Part shown: one piece after another, positions 25,494 to 32,932 of the stretch | How positions within the stretch are numbered: position 1 is the first letter of the stretch | Layout: the number at the start of each line of letters is the position of its first letter | Source of the DNA: a virus | Taxonomy: Duplodnaviria > Caudoviricetes | IMG/VR virus record: IMGVR_UViG_3300011423_000022 | Location: 1-32,932 of that record | Length of the DNA: 32,932 nt | Reading direction: 5' to 3' (one strand) | Position numbers and translations under genes: made by a program | The notes under the pieces: model-generated | Told to the model about the DNA's origin: nothing | The model's database searches: none | The model's input: the letters and a program-made list of their open reading frames with translations, nothing else

Positions 25494-26296
25494 GCTGGGA
25501 ATCTTTGTTGGGTTCGGGCACAGAAAACTGGTCCGTGTTTGGAGATAATCGCTGATTGTTTAGCGCAGCTCTCCACGAATAGATCGCCACCGAGTCGACG
25601 ATAATGCATCGCTTTCCATTCGCCATGCTGATTCCACTTCTGCCGAGCTTCAGCACTCGGCATATCAAGCATGATCAGTTCTTTCGTGCGGACATTATGT
25701 CTCTTTAGCCAAGACTCCGTCTCCGCACGATACATCTCCAAACGGCACGTAACGATCGCTTGGACCTGTCGAGTCGGGAGGAATAGAGGCTCCGCGTGAC
25801 GCAAGAACGCTTCGTATTTGCTCCTGTCCGCATTTTCCTCTTTCGTTGGATCGCGGCAGATGACGCCATCCATATCCACCATGATAGAGGAAAGATGCAC
25901 ACTTCGCCAGATATTCCACGGAAACACACGTGGAGTCTGAAGAGTCTCGAAGGCGAAGTCGAGCATATCGTTCTTGCCGGGAGCGACGTAAACAGCAGAT
26001 CGGATGATCTTGACATCAGGTCTGGCTCGGACACATCGTTCCACAGCCATGCCCATTTCAGTGCCACGGAGGAGCGAATCGTCCAGAAGCAAGATCGTCT
26101 TCAGTTCAGATGTCACATTATCGTTGCAGTATTGATCAAGACTCAACACTGTTCTCTGCATGTGAAGACCAAGCATCAACGAAGCCATCAACCCAGATCG
26201 AGGAATGCCAACAATCATATCGAACTGAGGCAGTTCGTGCATTCGACGGACCATGATGTAGTTCAGGTCGGTGATGGTTCGGACACTGATCTTCAT
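25490..26296 (-). CDS. Phosphoribosyltransferase-like domain fused to a HAD-like domain
   Basis: IVGIPRSG and ILLLDDSLLRGT (PRPP-binding loop); VDMDGVIC (HAD motif I DxDG). Confidence 0.8.
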   Translation of the reverse strand: MKISVRTITDLNYIMVRRMHELPQFDMIVGIPRSGLMASLMLGLHMQRTVLSLDQYCNDNVTSELKTILLLDDSLLRGTEMGMAVERCVRARPDVKIIRSAVYVAPGKNDMLDFAFETLQTPRVFPWNIWRSVHLSSIMVDMDGVICRDPTKEENADRSKYEAFLRHAEPLFLPTRQVQAIVTCRLEMYRAETESWLKRHNVRTKELIMLDMPSAEARQKWNQHGEWKAMHYRRLGGDLFVESCAKQSAIISKHGPVFCARTQQRFPA

Positions 26297-26847
26297 GCGA
26301 TGCCACACGCTCCAAGATTAATCCATCCATGATCGGGGCCACGAACACGATCCCGATTGAGGAGTTGAACACTTTTGAATCCTGCCTCGATTAGAGACTG
26401 CTGCAAGAATCGTGGAGTGAACAGACAATGATGCCAGTTTGGATCATTCGCTTTGCTCGTCTTCGCATATGCGAAGATCCGTCCAGCAATCCACAGATAC
26501 GGGTTGCGCTTCTCGTTGAATCGAGTCCAGTTGTCGTGATGAATCGGCGACACATTGTTTTCTTCAAGATCGACGAGAGCCTTCGCGATCTTCAGCCCAT
26601 CGACCGTGAACACCTCAAGAGTCCCATCATCTTTCAAGACTCGATGCCATTCCAGAAGAGTGTCCGCCACCTGATACCACGGAACATGCTCAAGAACATG
26701 TGACGCATAGATCAGGTTGAAGGACCTGTCCGGGAATGGCATCTTGCGACAATCGCCAACATGGTCGACATGAGGACCAGGCAGGATATCCATCGTCTCG
26801 AATCCTTTGAGACGTGAATTCCTGGGACCGATCTCAAGTCGACGCAT
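26293..26847 (-). CDS. Class I SAM-dependent methyltransferase
   Basis: LEIGP, MPFPDRSFNLIYASHVLEH and EWHRVLKDDG motifs. Confidence 0.88.
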   Translation of the reverse strand: MRRLEIGPRNSRLKGFETMDILPGPHVDHVGDCRKMPFPDRSFNLIYASHVLEHVPWYQVADTLLEWHRVLKDDGTLEVFTVDGLKIAKALVDLEENNVSPIHHDNWTRFNEKRNPYLWIAGRIFAYAKTSKANDPNWHHCLFTPRFLQQSLIEAGFKSVQLLNRDRVRGPDHGWINLGACGIA

Positions 26848-26848
26848 A

Positions 26849-27364
26849 TCAGTTCTCGTTCACTGGACCAGTGTCGGTGCCAGCAAGGACGAACATGCCC
26901 GAGATGTGCGCCACATCGGTGTTCGCACGAGACAGATTGACCTTGATATCCTGTCGGATGTATTGCTTGCATCCAGCGAGATCGAGGTTGTCCCGAATCG
27001 TGCGAGGAGCAGGAGTGGTCACCATTTCTGCTGCAGTGACCGTCACATCGACGAAGTCGGCATCCGGATAGGCATCAATTTCCACGAACGTGATGCCATC
27101 ATCCGAGTGACGATATCGACGACTGATGACCACAGATTCTCCAGTGTTCAACACCGGAAGAACACAGACAGCACCCTGAGCAGACAAGAACAATGCCGGA
27201 GTGGTGCGATCGACAGCCACACCACCATGCCAGAAGTTGTCCTGGATGCCAGACGTGACTGATGCTGCCACCACCGATCGTGCTCGACCTGCTGTCACGG
27301 CATAGAGCACAGACCCCGCATTGATATGCGAGGAGTGGGCTGCTCCCATTTCAGCTGCTTGCAT
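26849..27364 (-). CDS. Putative capsid decoration protein 2
   Basis: Shares HSSHINAGS, G..VDR and NLDLAGCKQYIR with the adjacent gene; follows the capsid genes. Confidence 0.6.
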   Translation of the reverse strand: MQAAEMGAAHSSHINAGSVLYAVTAGRARSVVAASVTSGIQDNFWHGGVAVDRTTPALFLSAQGAVCVLPVLNTGESVVISRRYRHSDDGITFVEIDAYPDADFVDVTVTAAEMVTTPAPRTIRDNLDLAGCKQYIRQDIKVNLSRANTDVAHISGMFVLAGTDTGPVNEN

Positions 27365-27377
27365 CTTGACTCCTTGT

Positions 27378-27403
27378 GAAGAGGGCTCCGGAGAGCCCTC
27401 CTC
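27378..27403 (-). terminator. Intergenic hairpin, possible weak terminator or mRNA stabiliser
   Basis: GAGGGCTC-TCCG-GAGCCCTC stem; only a short U run follows. Confidence 0.5.
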
Positions 27404-27406
27404 TAG

Positions 27407-27892
27407 TTAGGGAAACGGAAGAGTCTCGACTCCTCCGAGCACGCAAACACCAGCGAGCGACAACTCGCCAGATGCCATGATATCGGCACGCACGAACCGA
27501 CGAGCGCCTGCCAGATCGACGTTGAGAATGACACAGGTTTCCAGCTCGGAACCTTCGTCATTGCCCTCGAGAGTGACGATCGTGGGATTCGTGTCGCCAT
27601 ACTCGGCAAACGTCCCAGGAGTGCTGGATTCCGGATCAGTGGGAGCAGCCGTCGTTGCGTCCATGACCGTGATTGCGAAGTCCATCGACTCGCCAGATGC
27701 GATGGTGACAGTGACAGGCCACGCGAACTGACATGAGAGAGGCATGCCATAGAGAGCACGATCGATGACACCACCCTCGAGAGTATCGCCACCCGTCAGT
27801 TCCTGTCCAGCCAGGCCAAAGACGGTGAGAATGCGCGAGCCAGAGTCGACCTGACTCGCGTGCGATGCTCCCGGGGCATTCGGAGTTGACAT
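27407..27892 (-). CDS. Putative capsid decoration protein 1
   Basis: Directly after the major capsid gene; GGVIDR, NVDLAGARRFVRA and VLGG...P motifs. Confidence 0.65.
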   Translation of the reverse strand: MSTPNAPGASHASQVDSGSRILTVFGLAGQELTGGDTLEGGVIDRALYGMPLSCQFAWPVTVTIASGESMDFAITVMDATTAAPTDPESSTPGTFAEYGDTNPTIVTLEGNDEGSELETCVILNVDLAGARRFVRADIMASGELSLAGVCVLGGVETLPFP

Positions 27893-27929
27893 ATGTGAAT
27901 CTCCTTCTGCTTCGAGATGATCAGGTGGA

Positions 27930-29132
27930 CTAGTTCGTGATCTCGCCCGGACCCCAGTTGACCCCGGTCAAGACCGCGATGGCTTCTGCGTGGCGAGCAA
28001 CGAGATCGACCTCGCTGATCACACGCATGAAGGTCATGTTCTGCTGAAACGCCGACGTGATGTTGCCCTCGGAGTCCACGATGACGCCCTCTTCCGAGAG
28101 AGCCACCTGAAGCTGCGGACCCTGGCCGAGAGTCATCTCGTCACCGTCGTAGAGCATGATCTCCGACTTCGTTCCATCGACGAGATCCGAAGGCTGATGA
28201 GTGGTGGACACGACGGGGAATCCCCAGAGAGTGCCTCCGAGGAGCTCATCGCGGAACGCATACGGACCATTGGGGATCCGCACCGTCATGAGACCCTGCT
28301 TCTCGCGAGGATTCATGACCCAATACGGAGCCGTCAGGCCCACATGCCCGAGCTCGAGCGCGAGCACAAGATTGCCGAGATCGGATGTCACCTCGTCCAG
28401 ATCCGGAGTTGCCGACGACGCGATGACGTTGGCAGCAGGGATCCAATAGCGAAGACCCTTGGGACGATGCTCGGTGCCAGGAGACCTGAGAAGGACCTCG
28501 TCCTCGCCCAGAGCCATCGCACGGAGCGTATCGAAACGGATCATGTTGCTGACCCGAGGACCACCACGGCGCAGCAGGGTGTTGCTGATGGGCACCAGAG
28601 TCTTCTCCTGGCGCGCACGCAGCGTGAGCATCCCGAAGCCCTGCTGACTCGCAGGAATCTTCATGATCTCTCCGCCCCACGAGACGCTGGCAGACGACGT
28701 GAGCTTGGAGACCTCAGCCACACCAGCCGAGAGATCCGTCACGTTCTTGATCGTCGCACGGATCTTCGCGCGCTCCGTCAGCAGATCGATGATCTCGTCG
28801 GAGTGCTCGACACCGATCGTGAAACCACCCTCTTCGCCGACGCCTGCGGTCAGTGCCTTCACGACACCAGGCATCTTGAGCGTCTTGTCCGCATATTCGA
28901 GAGCGACATCGCGATTCATCTTGCCCTTGGCAAGAGCGGCCACGACGCCACCGAAGACGAGACCCTTCTCGGTCTTCGCGAGCGCGAGACGATCCTCCTT
29001 CGAACCCACGTCAAGCATCGGTGAGTTGTTGGTGGACTTCTCCTTCATCGCCGTCACGATATCGGCGACCACCGGTCCAGCGACTTCCTTGATCTTGTCC
29101 TGGATGAACTTGTCCATCTCTGCTTTCGTCAT
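27930..29132 (-). CDS. HK97-fold major capsid protein
   Basis: EGGFTI, WGGE...PAS...FG, ISNTLL, WVMNP, TLWGFPV and AFQQNMTFMR motifs; AAGGAG before ATG 29132. Confidence 0.95.
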   Translation of the reverse strand: MTKAEMDKFIQDKIKEVAGPVVADIVTAMKEKSTNNSPMLDVGSKEDRLALAKTEKGLVFGGVVAALAKGKMNRDVALEYADKTLKMPGVVKALTAGVGEEGGFTIGVEHSDEIIDLLTERAKIRATIKNVTDLSAGVAEVSKLTSSASVSWGGEIMKIPASQQGFGMLTLRARQEKTLVPISNTLLRRGGPRVSNMIRFDTLRAMALGEDEVLLRSPGTEHRPKGLRYWIPAANVIASSATPDLDEVTSDLGNLVLALELGHVGLTAPYWVMNPREKQGLMTVRIPNGPYAFRDELLGGTLWGFPVVSTTHQPSDLVDGTKSEIMLYDGDEMTLGQGPQLQVALSEEGVIVDSEGNITSAFQQNMTFMRVISEVDLVARHAEAIAVLTGVNWGPGEITN

Positions 29133-29158
29133 TCCATTTCTCCTTGTCGAATCGGCGA

Positions 29159-30397
29159 TCAATCCACCCGTCCGGTGATCGCATTGATCTGCGAGCGCAA
29201 CTCATCGCCGACTGACGCTGCGATGGCCTCGCTGATCTGGGCTTCCGTGATGTCGAGCTCGTTGGGATCCTCGTCGAACTCGAAGAAGCCCGGATCTTCG
29301 TCTGCCTTGGCTGCCTTCTTGCTCTTTTCGTCCTCGGATTCTTCCTCCTCTGTGTCGAGTTGGTCCAGCACTTCGCGAATCAGTGTGACGAGCTCGTCAC
29401 TCTTGGCCATCGCTGAGCGCAATTTTCTCTCGTTCGTGGCTGAGAGGACACGTCCGGCTTTCACCTTCAGTGCCTCGTATCCCTCGATGTCGGTCTCCGC
29501 ATTGATCTTCGCGAACTTGCAGAGAGCTGGGATGATGGTTCGCAGCACGTCTCTCTGAAGATCGCAGGCTTGGGCAGCCTCCGCCGAATCGTGAAGATGA
29601 TCGACCGACTTCGCGAAGGACTCGAACGACTTGCAACGGAACATCTGCAACAAGTTCGAGGTGGTTTCCTTCACTTCCTGCTCCTCGGTGGCACTCTTCA
29701 CATCACCGAGATAGACCATCATGGACTTGCCTTCGACGGTCATGGCTCGGATCTTCTCGAGCACATCCTTCGCATGGCCAGCATCCTTCATCAGCCTCTC
29801 GTCGTCCAAATAGTTCTCGGCCCACGCACGAAGAGGATTAAGGTCGATGCCTTTGGACTTGGCGTCCATGAGAGCATGAGGATTCGATGGGACAGGGACA
29901 CAAGAGTATTCGAGGAGCTCCTGTCCAAGGAAGTCGACGCCAAACTTGCGATCGTCGTTGAACTTCCATTCCTTTGGCTTGAATCCCACCGACGTGGCAC
30001 GCATGAATCCCTTCTCGTAGAACTGGAAGATCATGTCACCGAAGGCATACATGTCCTTGGGAGTGAACTGTGCCTTGCTGCGCAACTGCGTGCCCTGCAT
30101 GGTGAGTGAGAGACTCCTCGCCACAGGTGGCTGCCAATGATCGTGAGCGAACAGGACCACAGGATTGGCTGAGTAATTCGCGATGTCCCAGCCACTGACA
30201 GCGATCGTGTCGTTGTCCCGATCCACGCTCTCGTCCGAGATAATGAAATCCACGGTGCGGAGCTTGGTGTCGACACTCTTGATGTCGACCATCGGACCAG
30301 CCTTCAGGACGCCCATGTCGATTGGGGCATCCGTCTTCTTCTCCTGGGCAAACGACTTGAAGTCTGCCAGGCTGACGAACTTGAGATTCTTCATCAT
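29159..30397 (-). CDS. HK97-family prohead protease with an acidic C-terminal extension
   Basis: VDRDNDTI, NPVVLFAHD, SVGF and ELLEYSCVPVPSNPHAL motifs. Confidence 0.93.
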   Translation of the reverse strand: MMKNLKFVSLADFKSFAQEKKTDAPIDMGVLKAGPMVDIKSVDTKLRTVDFIISDESVDRDNDTIAVSGWDIANYSANPVVLFAHDHWQPPVARSLSLTMQGTQLRSKAQFTPKDMYAFGDMIFQFYEKGFMRATSVGFKPKEWKFNDDRKFGVDFLGQELLEYSCVPVPSNPHALMDAKSKGIDLNPLRAWAENYLDDERLMKDAGHAKDVLEKIRAMTVEGKSMMVYLGDVKSATEEQEVKETTSNLLQMFRCKSFESFAKSVDHLHDSAEAAQACDLQRDVLRTIIPALCKFAKINAETDIEGYEALKVKAGRVLSATNERKLRSAMAKSDELVTLIREVLDQLDTEEEESEDEKSKKAAKADEDPGFFEFDEDPNELDITEAQISEAIAASVGDELRSQINAITGRVD

Positions 30398-30404
30398 TCC
30401 TCTC

Positions 30405-32519
30405 CTAGACAGACTCACCACTGACTTCTTCGAGCGCGGAGAGAACGTCCGCCTGCTGATCAGTGAATCCCTGTCGCAATGCACGTCTCATTGCCCGATC
30501 GAATGGTGCCCTCTCCGCTTCAATCCCTCTCCATCGAGTAGTTCGAGCAGACTTGTCGATGACCGACAGCACTGTGCATCGGCAATTGACGTCCTCTGCA
30601 GGATCCCCAAAATCACCAGGATAGGCAGCAGTGCCTCCAGCAGGAGACTCAAAATCATCGTCTATCCCGACGATCTGACCATCCATCTCCGAGTGAGTGT
30701 CTCTGGTATTTTCATCCTGCGTCGCGAGCCACTCTTTCTTCTCAATTCCTGCCTGAGCCATTCCCTCGATGCTACCAAAGTTGGACGCTCGAGCAATTTC
30801 GGTCCTAGCAATTGTTTCCGCGCGCGAATCAGTGGAATCCTCGAAGACTTCGCGAACTCGTGCGGCAATGTCTTTCGTGGATTCGCCAGCAGCCACTCCT
30901 GCGGACATCGTATCTCGAAGCTTGGAGATCGTGGTTGCATTGACCATATCCTCCATCCGCTCTCCTGCGAACTCCTTGAGGAACTTGGCCACCTTCGGAG
31001 TGCCAACATCGAATGTGATGTTGATAGATGCCTCGGACGCAGTCTTCTGGCCAAACTTCGCCACCGTGGACTTGATCACCTTGCTCGTGGTCTTGGTAAG
31101 TTTCTTCGGATTGACTGCTGCGAGCACCTCGTCGATGTCGTCCTCGTCCAAGTCCTTCCGGACGAATGATCGGGTCTGCTTCGGAGCAGGAGCAGGCTTG
31201 GGAGCGGGAGCAGGAACTGGCTCGTCCTCCTCGTCGATCCTCTTCTTTGGCACCACATTGAATGGCACCATGTGAACATCACCAGATCCGTCTTTCAGAG
31301 GCTCGAATCCAGCCTTCTCGCGATGCTCGTCCACTTTGTAGTTGTGCGGGACTGCTTGCATCGCCTTGAGAGTGAATTCCTTGTCCTCGGGGATCGGTGA
31401 GACGAAGTCGAGGATCAGTCGTTCATCGAACTCTTCTCGTGCGACCTTCTGCAGAGCGGCTCGCTTGAATTCGAGTCTCGGCTCCACCACATGTTCACCA
31501 TAGATGGCCTTTGCTGCCTCGCTGGTGGCTCGATTGGATGATTCGATAATGCCGAAGATCTCAGGAGGGAAGCCATAGATCTGCATGATGGTGTCCCGCT
31601 CGAACTGGCGGATCGGCACCATCTGGAGATTCTGCATTGTCTGACCGAATTCATGGATCTTGAACTCCCGATTGACGAACGCAGGACGCCACCATCGACC
31701 GAATCCCTGGTGCTTGGTTTGCCACCATGTCGCGAGACGATCAGTCTCGGTCTTGTCCACACCAGGAACACTGACCAGGAATGGTGGTCTCGCATCGTTG
31801 TAGAAGAACGATTTCATGTATTTGGCAGCATACTCGTCCGTTTCGAGCTCATCGCCAAGCACATGTCCGATGCCAGATCCACGCTGGTATGGATCACTCG
31901 GATTGGGATAATACATCCAGACGCAGTCCTCGGCATTCACAGTGCGAGAGCCATATGGACCGACGATGTCGAAGAAGGCACTGTTGATCGTGGGCACGGA
32001 CTGAATCCACGAGGGAGGAATGACCCAGTAAGAGATCGGGACTCCTCTCCTGCCTTTCCCACCAACTGATCCTCGCTCCATGACCCAGAGAGATTCGCCG
32101 ACGAGATCCTGATGCTGTTGCGTCAGCTGACCAGCGATCATCCCATCGAAGAAGGGCGGAGTGCCCTGCTGGATGAACTCGAAGAACGCATTGTTCTCTA
32201 CTTCACGGAGATCCCCAGTCTGGAGACCTTGTTTCACGAGAGCATGTCGCTGCTTCGTGTTGTGAGCCTTCGCGAAGATGTCGTCCTTGATCGCTTTGCC
32301 ATTCTTCTGGGCTACGAAGAGCTGCCATCGATTGGTGGCCACAGACCACGAGCTCTTCTGCACACAAGCACGGAGCCATGGCATCGTGCTGTATGCCTTG
32401 AGCAATTGATTCGTGCCGATGCGAGGAGGAGCAGACATCCCATAATTCGAGAGGATCTGTCCGAATGTGTCCCTGCCGATCGCCTTGAGAGCGATGTTGG
32501 CGAGCAGATTACGCATCAT
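30405..32519 (-). CDS. HK97-family portal protein fused to a Mu gpF/SPP1 gp7-like minor head domain
   Basis: Portal motifs (FFYNDARP, IYGFPPEIFG, NRATSE), a PAPAPKP linker, then RAETIARTE, KEWLATQD..TR.TH and NCRC. Confidence 0.92.
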   Translation of the reverse strand: MMRNLLANIALKAIGRDTFGQILSNYGMSAPPRIGTNQLLKAYSTMPWLRACVQKSSWSVATNRWQLFVAQKNGKAIKDDIFAKAHNTKQRHALVKQGLQTGDLREVENNAFFEFIQQGTPPFFDGMIAGQLTQQHQDLVGESLWVMERGSVGGKGRRGVPISYWVIPPSWIQSVPTINSAFFDIVGPYGSRTVNAEDCVWMYYPNPSDPYQRGSGIGHVLGDELETDEYAAKYMKSFFYNDARPPFLVSVPGVDKTETDRLATWWQTKHQGFGRWWRPAFVNREFKIHEFGQTMQNLQMVPIRQFERDTIMQIYGFPPEIFGIIESSNRATSEAAKAIYGEHVVEPRLEFKRAALQKVAREEFDERLILDFVSPIPEDKEFTLKAMQAVPHNYKVDEHREKAGFEPLKDGSGDVHMVPFNVVPKKRIDEEDEPVPAPAPKPAPAPKQTRSFVRKDLDEDDIDEVLAAVNPKKLTKTTSKVIKSTVAKFGQKTASEASINITFDVGTPKVAKFLKEFAGERMEDMVNATTISKLRDTMSAGVAAGESTKDIAARVREVFEDSTDSRAETIARTEIARASNFGSIEGMAQAGIEKKEWLATQDENTRDTHSEMDGQIVGIDDDFESPAGGTAAYPGDFGDPAEDVNCRCTVLSVIDKSARTTRWRGIEAERAPFDRAMRRALRQGFTDQQADVLSALEEVSGESV

Positions 32520-32845
32520 GGCTTGGACACCTGCCACACATCTGGTTGCACACTGTTCGGCACCTTGAACACTCCGCCTTCGTCACTCGTCACGACCCAT
32601 CGCACAGTGTATGGAGACATGGATGCCTTCCACTTCGCTGGATTGGGTGTGAAGGAGATGATGTCGTTCGTGAGCACCTGCACTGTGCCCATCCCAGTGG
32701 CTGGTGCTGCATACTTGTCATACACCTCGATGGTGACAGTGAATGCCTCCAGAGTGAGGTCCACTGGATCTCCTGCATAGTTCTCAGCAGTGAGCTGGAA
32801 CACCTGAGGAGCAGTGGTGCCTTCAGGAAGAGAATGGATAATCAC
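32516..32845 (-). CDS. Small beta-rich protein, BppU N-terminal-like
   Basis: EGTT...FQL....G.PVDLT...VTI pattern; AGGAGG upstream; coupled to the portal gene. Confidence 0.6.
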   Translation of the reverse strand: MIIHSLPEGTTAPQVFQLTAENYAGDPVDLTLEAFTVTIEVYDKYAAPATGMGTVQVLTNDIISFTPNPAKWKASMSPYTVRWVVTSDEGGVFKVPNSVQPDVWQVSKP

Positions 32846-32932
32846 ATCGACCTCCTGGTGGAGTAACGATTGCCCAGAGCTCGTGCCGTGGTCGCGCGAC
32901 CAAGAGGAACCACAGTGGACCCTCCGAGTGGA

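Noticed and set aside
22563-31169. Long plus-strand ORFs 22563-23543, 27990-29024 and 30183-31169
   Set aside because: Antisense shadows of the glycosyltransferase, capsid and portal/protease genes, with no motifs of their own
32842-32932. 3' end of an upstream minus-strand gene, possibly terminase
   Set aside because: Only about 29 codons are visible and they carry no recognisable motif

Overview
This window is part of a tailed dsDNA phage genome of the HK97-capsid, long non-contractile tail type. It has two convergent halves. The minus strand (7312-32845) is a virion morphogenesis module: portal fused to a Mu gpF-like domain, prohead protease, major capsid, two putative decoration proteins, a five-gene methyltransferase/PRTase-HAD/glycosyltransferase insert, head-tail joining proteins, tail tube, frameshifted chaperones, tape measure and tail-tip/adhesin genes. 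The plus strand (1-7223) starts with GC-rich tandem repeats and a sigma70-like promoter, followed by small, probably early, genes and an ATP-dependent DNA ligase. The main finding is an array of nine type II hammerhead-ribozyme motifs (810-4569) at gene junctions of the early operon. Each has the catalytic core (GAAA, GUC, CUGANGA) and covarying stems, includes or abuts the upstream stop codon, and contains the Shine-Dalgarno of the next gene. This predicts a polycistronic transcript that cuts itself into gene-sized RNAs that might circularise. All protein calls come from motifs and gene order read by eye; no database search was run.
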